Positions 41,171 to 50,253 of a stretch of DNA of 64,000 nucleotides are shown here, piece by piece. The stretch comes from a virus. The notes under the pieces are model-generated. The model worked only from the letters and a program-made list of their open reading frames with translations, had not been told where the DNA came from and did no database searches. Both the position numbers and the translations under genes were made by a program. Where the stretch lies: the IMG/VR virus record IMGVR_UViG_3300045988_153472, one strand, 5' to 3'. The number at the start of each line of letters is the position of its first letter. Positions within the stretch are counted from its first letter, which is position 1.

Positions 41171-42638
41171 CTTTGTTTCTTCCGTTTAATCTGTCTCTGA
41201 TTTCTTTAAATATTTCTGTATGATATATTTCACCGTCTTTAAATACAGTTTTTAATGCCCCATCATAAACAAAGCTGTCATATCCATCTCTGCACCTTAA
41301 TTCTCCATTTTCATCGTAATATACATGACAACATCCTTTATGAGATTTCTTTAAATGGCTTACATCTGTCTTTGGATCTTTGTAAATCATAATCGGTTGT
41401 CCGTTAACTTCTCCAAATGTAGCTTTCATAGCAATGCCGAACATATCTCTGGTTACAACGACCATACGTCCATCAGGTTCTACAACTGCCGAGAAACAAA
41501 AAGCCCCAACTCCAAATACAATGTTGTTTGCAGCGAATCCTTTCTTCTCAAGTTCTTCCCATACCTTTTTTACATTGTTAAGAGTACAGCCATCACCATA
41601 GATAATTCCAATATGAGGGTCCAGTACTTTGTAACCTTTGCTATTTACTGATCCTTCAAATGTATTCCAGAGTTTTTCGATAGTCTTAACTGAAATCTCT
41701 ACCATATCACCAGAATCCGGACGAACCAAGAGCTTACCATTGTGCTGCATAATTTCTTTTTTGCAAGCTGGAAGAATATTGTCAATCATGTTCCAGTAAT
41801 CATATGTATCAGATACCATGCTGAAAGATGCATTCGGATATAATTCTGTAAGTAGTCTTTTCACAAATGTAATTTCGTCTCCGTCCACAGCATAATTTGA
41901 AGCCATGACCGCATGTTCGGTAGAAATCGCACCAATTCCAATATGACTCACGCTACAGTCATTGAAATAATATTTGTCCAAATAATCAATTGCCGGGATC
42001 GTACTTGTCTTATCAAAGGATAATAGCCAAGCAACGGAGCATCTCTCTGCTTCTTCCATACAGGACATTCCACGCATTCCAAAGTCTGAGCAGGCCATTT
42101 CAGGTCTTAAAATGTCGTCGCAGGTCTTTTTATAGTAGAAATTTGCCAGTTCTCTGTACATATGTCCAATTGTTGCATGAGCACACGGCTTCCAAAGCTC
42201 AACCTGCAGAATACACTCAATCCACTGCACAACCCATGCAAAATCTGGATGTGTATTCGTGATTTCAATGCATGGCACTCCCATAGGCACTAATGTACCT
42301 TCCGGTAATGCACGGATCTGAATCGGAAGATACCCTAATTCGTGAAGTTTAAGGATTGGAGAAATATCGTAATTTCCTTCTCCTAACTGAATGTCCATAC
42401 TAATTGTATAAAGTTCTTGAACTTCATCAGTGCTTAATTTAAAGAAATCTCTTTTAAAATATGTAATAAGATATTCTTTAATAAAAGCCTGCAGTCCGAA
42501 GAAAACCATATGATCCTGCTCCTTTAACATTGATCTTCTCGGAGTCCAATAAGAGACTAACTTCGTCAATCCTCTCGGAAACATATTGTGGTGTACTTGT
42601 TTGTAAGTATCGCTTAACAGAATTGCTAAGGTATCCAT
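41163..42638 (-). CDS. Nicotinamide phosphoribosyltransferase family protein (Nampt/NadV, or the NARP1 Namat-type enzyme)
   Basis: 491 aa. N-terminus ILLSDTYKQVHHNMFPRG matches Nampt LATDSYKVTHYKQYPP. Confidence 0.7.
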   Translation of the reverse strand: MDTLAILLSDTYKQVHHNMFPRGLTKLVSYWTPRRSMLKEQDHMVFFGLQAFIKEYLITYFKRDFFKLSTDEVQELYTISMDIQLGEGNYDISPILKLHELGYLPIQIRALPEGTLVPMGVPCIEITNTHPDFAWVVQWIECILQVELWKPCAHATIGHMYRELANFYYKKTCDDILRPEMACSDFGMRGMSCMEEAERCSVAWLLSFDKTSTIPAIDYLDKYYFNDCSVSHIGIGAISTEHAVMASNYAVDGDEITFVKRLLTELYPNASFSMVSDTYDYWNMIDNILPACKKEIMQHNGKLLVRPDSGDMVEISVKTIEKLWNTFEGSVNSKGYKVLDPHIGIIYGDGCTLNNVKKVWEELEKKGFAANNIVFGVGAFCFSAVVEPDGRMVVVTRDMFGIAMKATFGEVNGQPIMIYKDPKTDVSHLKKSHKGCCHVYYDENGELRCRDGYDSFVYDGALKTVFKDGEIYHTEIFKEIRDRLNGRNKDE

Positions 42639-42962
42639 TATTTTTTATCCTCCTCTTTGTCGTTTACAACTTTATCAATCTGATCAGTAATGTAATCAAT
42701 AACATCCTTGCCGGTTTTCCCAATTGCTTGAACATTGTCCGATGTTAGTTCATTTGCAACCATCATTGTATAAACGGTTTCGGTAGTTGGTGTAAGAACT
42801 GTTAAAATTACAGAAATAATCCCAATTGAAATAAATAACTTGAATCCATTCTTTGTTAAATCATCAAATCCTATCAAACATATTGCAAATGCAGCTACTG
42901 CAACAATCAGAAATAAAGTCCCCACTGCATCTGCTCTACTTGCAAAATAAATCAACCAAGGA

Positions 42963-43331
42963 CTAATAATTGGTTCCATACTTTCTCATCTCCTTTATAA
43001 TTTTATCAACTTCATATTCTCTTAAAATATCATCCACATCTTCTATATGAGAATATCTATTAGAGTGTCTATATGTAGCAATTTCATAAGCCATTGATTC
43101 AATCACGTCTTGTAAGCTTAGAAGTCTATCTTCCCATTTGTATGTTTCTGTACGGTAATCTGGTAATTCTCTTAATGGACATAATTTAGGAATCGTTGAA
43201 TGTTCTTTCCTTTTTAAGGAATTAATGTATTTATTTAATAATTGGCAATAATATCCATACGTTTCTAATTCTGAAAATGGGCATTCGTCACATGAATTAG
43301 GTTCTTCTATAGATAACATAACTTTACTCAT
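42963..43331 (-). CDS. Small Cys-motif protein (tandem paralog 1)
   Basis: MSK-led; SCDECPF ... CPLRELPD. Confidence 0.4.
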   Translation of the reverse strand: MSKVMLSIEEPNSCDECPFSELETYGYYCQLLNKYINSLKRKEHSTIPKLCPLRELPDYRTETYKWEDRLLSLQDVIESMAYEIATYRHSNRYSHIEDVDDILREYEVDKIIKEMRKYGTNY

Positions 43332-43611
43332 TATTATCTTCTCCTGTAATTTCTCTCAAACAATCATTCCAACCAATCTTGTAGCTAGGCATTTTTCCAT
43401 TGCTTTGAAAATACTCTCTTCCGTACACTCCTGTTAATTTCATTTTATCCGGCAATGGATTCAAAGGACATCCTTTCATTAACTCATCCCACGAATCACC
43501 AGCATTGAAATTTGCATTAGCATCTTGTACTGTGCATTCATCTGCATCGTTTAATAGCGGACAACGTATACATTTCTCTGGCGTATCAATCACTAATACT
43601 GATTTACTCAT
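43324..43611 (-). CDS. Small Cys-motif protein (tandem paralog 2)
   Basis: MSK-led; KCIRCPLL ... GCPLNPLPD. Shares the C-x-x-CP ... CPL..LPD pattern with the neighbour. Confidence 0.4.
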   Translation of the reverse strand: MSKSVLVIDTPEKCIRCPLLNDADECTVQDANANFNAGDSWDELMKGCPLNPLPDKMKLTGVYGREYFQSNGKMPSYKIGWNDCLREITGEDNNE

Positions 43612-43663
43612 TTTCTTCTCTTACCTCTTTTCTGCAAGAATGCTGCGTGTGTACAGGACTGAT

Positions 43664-44467
43664 TCATCTAAATCTCTCAACCAATTCAATCTTAGGACTT
43701 TCCAGATTTGTCAAAATCGTATCTGTCGTATAAATCTTCTCTATCAGTCCATTGTTTTTCAGAAGCTCTCCATCATAAACAGTGTTTTCACAATGAGTAA
43801 CATAAAGATAAATCTTACCTACACCGGCCTCTTTCAGCTTTTTAGCACTGTGATAAAAAGTTCCGCCTTTACTACAAATATCGTCTACAATAAGGATATC
43901 TTTACCTGGCAGTTGATTAATTTCACCTGATAAATCTAAACCTTTAATTTCTCCGGTCTCCCAATCTCTATTCTTAATACCGAAAGCATATGGAAGATGT
44001 ACTGCTGAAGAATATCTTTTCATAGATCCTGCATCCGGATAAAACATCATAAGATTATCACTAGCAATCTTCTTGACAGTATCCTCAATCATTCGATTCG
44101 GGGATCCTACATGTACTTTATTAAATAATGCAGCAGATACATCAGAATGTGGATCTAAAACTTCTACTTTTCCAAAATGTAATGAATTAATAGTCTGAGC
44201 AAAATATTTTAAAGTAAATAATTCGTTCTCATGCTTAACTCGGTCCATACGTGCATCTGGGATATAAGGCATATATAAATTAGGCACTACTCTATGGTCC
44301 CAACAATATCTAGTAATATATTCAACTGCTGTTAACTCTTCCATTGATTCAAAGAACCATTCAATATTATCTCTGCACCATCCTCCAATAGGAGGAATAT
44401 CCTTAAATAAGAATGTTCCATCCGGATATTTATCAAGTTTGATTTCTACACCGTTTAATTTAATCAT
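43664..44467 (-). CDS. Ribose-phosphate pyrophosphokinase (Prs)-family enzyme; candidate ADPR-PP synthetase
   Basis: KVEVLDPHSD (Prs DLH motif), YPDAGSMKRYSSAV, and DILIVDDICSKGGTF (PRPP-binding loop). Shorter than canonical Prs. Confidence 0.65.
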   Translation of the reverse strand: MIKLNGVEIKLDKYPDGTFLFKDIPPIGGWCRDNIEWFFESMEELTAVEYITRYCWDHRVVPNLYMPYIPDARMDRVKHENELFTLKYFAQTINSLHFGKVEVLDPHSDVSAALFNKVHVGSPNRMIEDTVKKIASDNLMMFYPDAGSMKRYSSAVHLPYAFGIKNRDWETGEIKGLDLSGEINQLPGKDILIVDDICSKGGTFYHSAKKLKEAGVGKIYLYVTHCENTVYDGELLKNNGLIEKIYTTDTILTNLESPKIELVERFR

Positions 44468-44983
44468 TCCAAATCTCCTTATAATTTATTTCTTACTGTT
44501 TAATAATCCTTACTTAACTTTTACTTATGCTCAATATCACAGGTAGTTATTACAGACGGATTATTCAAATGATTGCCATTACAGAAATTATTGATAAAAT
44601 CCACCTGTCTTTGGAGATAATCAATAGAATCACATAGTGAAACTTTTACATAACTTAATAATTCTGCGACAATTGTACTAATCTTAAACAGTTCATTTTC
44701 TTTATCATCGTATTCAACGCCATCTGCATGATTAAACGGTGAGGTTGCGTCAGCTGTTTTTATATAAAAATCATTATCCTCATTTTTATAAATTGAGCAC
44801 ACCCAAATAGTATCGTCATAAAGCCCATCAAACTCAAATACTTGTAAGGTTTCTGTATTGTTTTTTTCAACAAGTTTTGTAGTGATCACTCCATCACAGT
44901 CATATTTACGTAAGTAGTTCTGAATATCCTCTAATGTAATTTCTTCTAATTTCTTCATTTTCACAGTATTTTCTCCTACCATC

Positions 44984-45559
44984 TTATTTCTCTCCTATCA
45001 CATTAATCTGACAACTTTTCATCACCTCTAAAGCTGCTTTATGCTTCTCCAGTGTAGTTCCAGCGCAGCATGACGCATCTACTGTGATCTCTGCCTCCGG
45101 ATAATAAGTTTTGATAAGAAGAGCATTTGTGATAACGCAGATGTCTGTACACACACCTATGATTTCAATGTTTAAATTGTCTATATCACTGTCTGTCCCA
45201 AATATTTCTTCCCAATCCCAGCCTTCATAACCAAAAGTTGACTTTTTACATACCATAAAATTGTTATAATTATTTTTTACAGGATGAATTTCATCTATAA
45301 CCTCCCACCCTGAAGTTCGATATATACAATGTTCAACAGGAAGTTTTTTACCCTCAGAAGTATTCAAATAATCTGAATTATGTGTATCCATTGTATACAC
45401 TACATAATCCCCATTATTTTTATATTCTTCAAACTTTTCTTTAATTTTAGGTACAATAGCTTGAGCTTCCGGCGTACCAAGTGAACCGGTTACAAAATCA
45501 TTCTGTACATCAATAACAATTAAAATTTTCTTTTTATTTTCCACAAGCATTACCTCCAA
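44984..45559 (-). CDS. Isochorismatase-family hydrolase, nicotinamidase (PncA)-like
   Basis: ILIVIDVQNDF (catalytic Asp), TMDTHNSDY...VEH (possible metal ligands) and GVCTDICV (catalytic Cys). Confidence 0.5.
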   Translation of the reverse strand: MEVMLVENKKKILIVIDVQNDFVTGSLGTPEAQAIVPKIKEKFEEYKNNGDYVVYTMDTHNSDYLNTSEGKKLPVEHCIYRTSGWEVIDEIHPVKNNYNNFMVCKKSTFGYEGWDWEEIFGTDSDIDNLNIEIIGVCTDICVITNALLIKTYYPEAEITVDASCCAGTTLEKHKAALEVMKSCQINVIGEK

Positions 45560-46157
45560 CAGTCATTCTCCCGAATGGGTACTCTACAACTCTATAGCTA
45601 CAAAGAATCTCCATTTCTTTAACAACGTCTCCTTTACACATCTCTAATAAGACACCAACTTCTTCTGCTACTTTTTTAATTTCAACTTTTTTCTCTTCTG
45701 CTGAACTTAAAGTAATAGTTCTCATTCCTCTGGTATAATCAGAAGTCATATCATAAATATTATTTGGTATTTCAACTTTAAACCCGGCATCTTTTAGATC
45801 ATTCATGTGTAAAATTAAATCATGAGTATATTCATCTTCTGCAAGCAATTCCATTAATTTAATTTCAGCTTCCTTATCAATCTTTTCAATACTTCTTTTC
45901 TCCCAAAGTTCTATAATTGACATATCATTTTCCTTTCTTGTAAAATTATTTAGCTCATTTTCTTTAAAATAAAAATCTCCTTCTTCTGATTCTTCATTGT
46001 AATAACTAGAGATATGTATTCTTATATTGTTAGAATAAACTGTTTTTACAACGCCTGTAGCACCTGCAATATCATATTGTTTATATTTTTTAGGCACTAT
46101 TATTACTTGTACTATATCTCCTACTTGAAACATTTTTTACTCCTTTCTATTTATTAA

Positions 46158-46239
46158 TCCACCCAGAGAGACTCGAACTCTCACGCTATTAAGCATTAGA
46201 ACCTAAATCTAACGTGTCTGCCAATTCCACCATGGGTGG
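46158..46239 (-). tRNA. tRNA-Leu (anticodon UAG), type II
   Basis: Reverse complement: acceptor CCACCCA/TGGGTGG, anticodon stem TTAGA/TCTAA with loop TTTAGGT, long variable arm, T-arm GAGAG-TTCGAGT-CTCTC. Manual fold only. Confidence 0.6.
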
Positions 46240-46681
46240 GTACAACTGGCAGTTCAACTGCCAATTGTTAATAATGAAAGCGACTATTATATTTACTTAT
46301 TCACTACTTACCAGCCTTGTACAAACTAAGAGCCAAGTATAATCATGCTCATAAACTTTTACCAAGGATTTGATAAATCTTTATTCTTTATGCTTTATTC
46401 TTTAATCTTTAAACTGGGATAAACTTTGAATTTTGAATTTTAAGATTTGAGTTTTAATCTTTGAACTTTACAGTACTATGGCTATCTGCCTCATCCAATA
46501 ATATAATATATTAAGCTTACAGGTCCTATACGACCACGTAATCCTAATCCATTTTGTATTTTATACTATTATCTACTGTATAAGTAATGCTGTGGTTTCT
46601 TTATTGTTTTATATATGTCTAACCCAGCTAAAAGGACATATAGATTATAGTTTAAAGTTTTCGATAAGCAGTGAATATATC

Positions 46682-47320
46682 TTAGTATGTAATTTCTATT
46701 TCTGTCAGAGAATTACTTACTGAAAGTGCCGCATCTACTTCAGCAGTGAACTCTGCAATTTCTGTTTCTAAATCCTCCATTTCTTTAAGAACACCAATTG
46801 GATCAACAAGTTCCATTGTCTGAGCTTCTATATAGGCTTCTCTAGTTTTTGTAAACTCTTCAGTAGAGGTTTTACCTTCTTTGCTACCATAGAGCCCTAC
46901 AACATAATTTTCAGCTTTATCTTCCAATTTACCATTCTCAGTTATGATCTGAGCCATAGCAGCATCATACTGTTTTTTAATTTTCTGTTTTAAAAGTTTC
47001 TTGAAGTCCATTCCATGATTTTTCATTTCAATAGCTTCAGCTACTGTATACTCTTTATCAGCAACAGTGACTTTAGTTACTGCATTTGAAAGAACTACAG
47101 CTCTTTTAATAGCTTCTCTTCTCTTGATTAAATCAGTTGCTTTATCATAAGAAGATTTCATAACCCCTGTGTAAACTTTGATATCTACACCTTTGACTTT
47201 TGTGTTAGAATGCTTATTTGAAATACAAGCTTCTACACTGTTAATTGCTTTTACAATACGATCATCTAAGATCTTCAGTTCCGCTAATGCTTTGTGTACA
47301 TTCATTTTTTCTGTTGTCAT
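46682..47320 (-). CDS. Hypothetical protein inside the tRNA cluster
   Basis: 212 aa ORF with no recognised motifs. Confidence 0.4.
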   Translation of the reverse strand: MTTEKMNVHKALAELKILDDRIVKAINSVEACISNKHSNTKVKGVDIKVYTGVMKSSYDKATDLIKRREAIKRAVVLSNAVTKVTVADKEYTVAEAIEMKNHGMDFKKLLKQKIKKQYDAAMAQIITENGKLEDKAENYVVGLYGSKEGKTSTEEFTKTREAYIEAQTMELVDPIGVLKEMEDLETEIAEFTAEVDAALSVSNSLTEIEITY

Positions 47321-47361
47321 GATAAATACCTCCTGAATTTTAAACTTTAATTTAATTGCCT

Positions 47362-47435
47362 GTGATAAGAGTGGACTCGAACCACCGACCTCACTTTTGC
47401 AGTGCGCTCTTTTTCACAACTGAGCTACTTATCAC
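47362..47435 (-). tRNA. tRNA-like gene with His identity elements (G-1, C73) but non-canonical anticodon arm
   Basis: Reverse complement: G-1, acceptor TGATAAG/CTTATCA, discriminator C, D-stem GCTC/GAGC with an oversized D-loop, T-arm GGTGG-TTCGAGT-CCACT. The central part CGCAC-TGCAAAA-GTGAG does not give a standard 5-bp stem with a 7-nt loop. Confidence 0.35.
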
Positions 47436-47657
47436 TTTTCATGCATGACCTGTCATGCTGCAGTCACAACAGGATTATGTGTTCTTTGATCAGCTCAATT
47501 CCCTACATTTTCTCTAAAGCTGAATGTTTGTCTCATTACAAAACATCTCAAAAACTATCTGTCTTTCCAGCGCCATCTGATTCTCACTACCAAATCAGCA
47601 ACGGCTCTTTACTATTGAAAATTAGAGCTCTCAAAAGTCACTCATTCGTCAGGAGAA

Positions 47658-47731
47658 GTGGAAACTCTGGGACTCGAACCCAGGACCGACCGGTTATGAG
47701 CCGGTTGCTCTAACCAACTGAGCTAAGTTTC
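47658..47731 (-). tRNA. tRNA-Met (elongator) or tRNA-Ile2 (anticodon CAU)
   Basis: Reverse complement GGAAACT-TA-GCTC-AGTTGGTTA-GAGC-A-ACCGG-CTCATAA-CCGGT-CGGTC-CTGGG-TTCGAGT-CCCAG-AGTTTCC-A is a clean cloverleaf. The G1-C72 pair argues against an initiator. Confidence 0.85.
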
Positions 47732-48100
47732 CATAGTGGGTGAACTTTGAAAACACCCACATATAAAAACGTAACAACTATAATGATTGATTTGTAATCA
47801 TGTCAGCTACACGAACAGTCGTCACCATTCCGTTGCCCCATCACTCACCTCTACCTCACTGACTCAATTACTTTTTTCGCCTTATACTAATTACTCATTA
47901 GCACAAAGCACATCTATATAAATGTTTTGTACATTCAAACCATTGCTACCAATGTACTGTGTTCCCTTTTTTGAACAGGTTCCAGTTATTAAACCATCCA
48001 AAATTTCACTTAAGTTTTATCTATGTTCGCCATGAACATAAGTAGGTATACCTTAGTTCTATTGGTTACCTCTTTGGCCTTCAGAGCTAACTTAGAACTA

Positions 48101-48172
48101 CGGGGTAGATGGGATTCGAACCAGCGAATGCAGCAGTCAAAGTGCTGTGCCTTACCGCTTGGCCACTACCCT
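48101..48172 (-). tRNA. tRNA-Gln (anticodon UUG), with weak T-stem
   Basis: Reverse complement aligns with E. coli tRNA-Gln: AGGGTAG-TG-GCC-AAGCGGTAAG-GCA-CAGCA-CTTTGAC-TGCTG-CATTC-GCTGG-TTCGAAT-CCCAT-CTACCCC-G. The T-stem pairs poorly and position 1-72 is A-C. Confidence 0.5.
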
Positions 48173-48209
48173 CTATAGATACCTATGAAGGTATCTATAT
48201 ACAGATTAT

Positions 48210-49310
48210 TTATACTGCATAATGCAATTCTCTACTTTTTGCTCTTATAAAAGTCATATATGCTGGTTTCATTTCTTTGATGATCTTTTCATCTTCTTCA
48301 TTATTATAGTAATTATCACTTTCTAATTTAATATCATTTCCAGATACATAAATGATGCCTTTCTTATGATCAAACTCACAATCAAGAACCTTACAAGAAG
48401 CATCTACATAAGTTCCTTTAAAGCAGAATTCCGGTTCAATCCTTGCACTTTTATCAAAGAAATCAATGGTCAATTTTGTGGTTGCCTCAGAACCATCTTC
48501 AAGATGTAGAGTGACTTCATACATAATACTGTTTAAATTAATAATATTTAGATCTTTGATTGCTGTCTCAAAAGGTTCTCCAAAGTTTAATTCAAATGCA
48601 ATTGCTCTTAAGCAGTCATAGTTTAAATCCACTTTGTGAGCAAAAGAAATTACTTTTTCAATTTCGCTGTAATACTGTTTATCCAATTTGTCTTCTAAGT
48701 ATTCTGTAATTTCAACATCTGACGGATACTCAAATCTAAAATGGTAGTGGAATCTTCCAGGTCTGTTTACTAAATAACTATTTAACGAGTTGAGGTCATT
48801 ACAAGTAATCACAAACATTTTCTTCCCTTGAGACAATCCATCAAACAATGTAAGCATTTCTGTTTGAGGATCTGCCATGCCATCAGCAGCTTTAATACTG
48901 CCAAATGTTTTATCAAATTCATCAAACAGTATCATTACTTCCTGTTCAATTTCTTCTATGAAACTTGCAATTCCAGGAATATACGTGTCTACAATGATAA
49001 CTGGTAAACCAACTTTTGTTGCTTCCACAGCCAATGTCTTTGCAAACAATGATTTGCCGATTCCTTTATTGCCTGACAGGATAACGCCAAGGTTCTTTTC
49101 TGCTTTTGGAAAAGCCTTAAGAACTTTTTCAACCTTACTCATATGTACTCCGTAGGTTTTTTCTTTGATTTCTATGTCTGCATATTTTTCTAAAAAGAAA
49201 CCAGAATTCTTTTGAAACCTCACGACATAATTCTGAGCCGGAAGCTTGTCGAAAGTTTCTAATGAATCGTCGTAAGTTCTAAATGTGTTTCCTACCTTAA
49301 TAATTCTCAT
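48210..49310 (-). CDS. Classic-clade AAA+ ATPase with extra C-terminal domain
   Basis: Walker A ILSGNKGIGKSL, Walker B ILFDEFD, sensor ITCN, and an NRPGRFH arginine-finger region. Confidence 0.6.
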   Translation of the reverse strand: MRIIKVGNTFRTYDDSLETFDKLPAQNYVVRFQKNSGFFLEKYADIEIKEKTYGVHMSKVEKVLKAFPKAEKNLGVILSGNKGIGKSLFAKTLAVEATKVGLPVIIVDTYIPGIASFIEEIEQEVMILFDEFDKTFGSIKAADGMADPQTEMLTLFDGLSQGKKMFVITCNDLNSLNSYLVNRPGRFHYHFRFEYPSDVEITEYLEDKLDKQYYSEIEKVISFAHKVDLNYDCLRAIAFELNFGEPFETAIKDLNIINLNSIMYEVTLHLEDGSEATTKLTIDFFDKSARIEPEFCFKGTYVDASCKVLDCEFDHKKGIIYVSGNDIKLESDNYYNNEEDEKIIKEMKPAYMTFIRAKSRELHYAV

Positions 49311-49350
49311 TTTTTATTCTCCTGTTTTATATCATTGTTTATATCGAAAA

Positions 49351-50253
49351 TCAATGCCCTTTAACATCTGCTTCATGTAATAACATCACATCTGAAAACA
49401 TCTGTTTTCCAATTAAATACTTATCTTTATTCTTTGCCTTGTTTGATTGCGACCATGATAAATAGGGATGCATATGATAATAAATCAAATTTGCTGTATA
49501 AAAAGCATCATATATATCTTTTCCTGTAACCACACCGGAAAAATCAAAACATGTTAAATATTCATAAGCTCCAACACAATGATGCTGATAATAGTGACAA
49601 TAATCATCCTCTTCACCTTTTCCATTTATTTTTGATTTAGTGAAAAGCTTTCCAATATCATGGAGACTAGCTGCCACCCATAAGTTTTCTTCTCTAGGTA
49701 CTCCATCTGAAACCTTTTTCAGATGTTCATAAAGAGTCAAAGAGTGATGTGGGTTCTCTTGATCAAAGTCACGAGCCATATCTATCAATTCTTTTATATC
49801 TTTATGATCATCTTGCACAACTCTAATTTCATTGAACCCTTCATGATACATCGGTGGAGAAAATACTTTCCTCATTCTGGTAATCACTTCGTCAGGAACT
49901 GAATTTTCCCTTTTCGAGTTATCCTCTAAACATTTTTCATATGTTTTCAAAAATACAACGCATGTTTTATAAACATGTTTAGGAACTGCTTTTAAAAAAT
50001 GCACTCTTCTTTTCTTTATCAAATTAGTAGCATCATAAATAACAGAATGCATTTTCAAATCTTCCAATATTCTGCGGTGCAGCTCTTCAAATACTTTATT
50101 GTTGTCTGCGTCATCATAATTATCTCCATACATTTCTTCTCTGAGTTTATCAGAAGAGTGCACTATATAATCAGGATGAGTTTCTGAATACTCTTTAGCC
50201 CATGTACTTTTACCGGAAGCAGGTAAACCTACCAGCATAATTAATTCATTCAT
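49351..50253 (-). CDS. Polynucleotide kinase (P-loop) fused to HD-domain phosphoesterase (Pnk-HD end-healing enzyme)
   Basis: N-terminus MNELIMLVGLPASGKSTWAKEY is a T4-Pnk-like P-loop. The C-terminal half has an HD motif (ASLHDIGK) and further His residues (HYYQHH, YYHMHP). The start was set at the Met whose ATG overlaps the upstream TAA (TAATG). Confidence 0.6.
   Translation of the reverse strand: MNELIMLVGLPASGKSTWAKEYSETHPDYIVHSSDKLREEMYGDNYDDADNNKVFEELHRRILEDLKMHSVIYDATNLIKKRRVHFLKAVPKHVYKTCVVFLKTYEKCLEDNSKRENSVPDEVITRMRKVFSPPMYHEGFNEIRVVQDDHKDIKELIDMARDFDQENPHHSLTLYEHLKKVSDGVPREENLWVAASLHDIGKLFTKSKINGKGEEDDYCHYYQHHCVGAYEYLTCFDFSGVVTGKDIYDAFYTANLIYYHMHPYLSWSQSNKAKNKDKYLIGKQMFSDVMLLHEADVKGH

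Noticed and set aside
46380-46480. Possible CRISPR array at the AT-rich repeats
   Set aside because: The repeats are short, irregular and not separated by unique spacers of uniform length. No CRISPR-like array exists anywhere in the window.
47658-47731. Calling the CAU tRNA an initiator tRNA-fMet
   Set aside because: Positions 1-72 form a G-C pair and the anticodon stem lacks the three consecutive G-C pairs typical of initiators.
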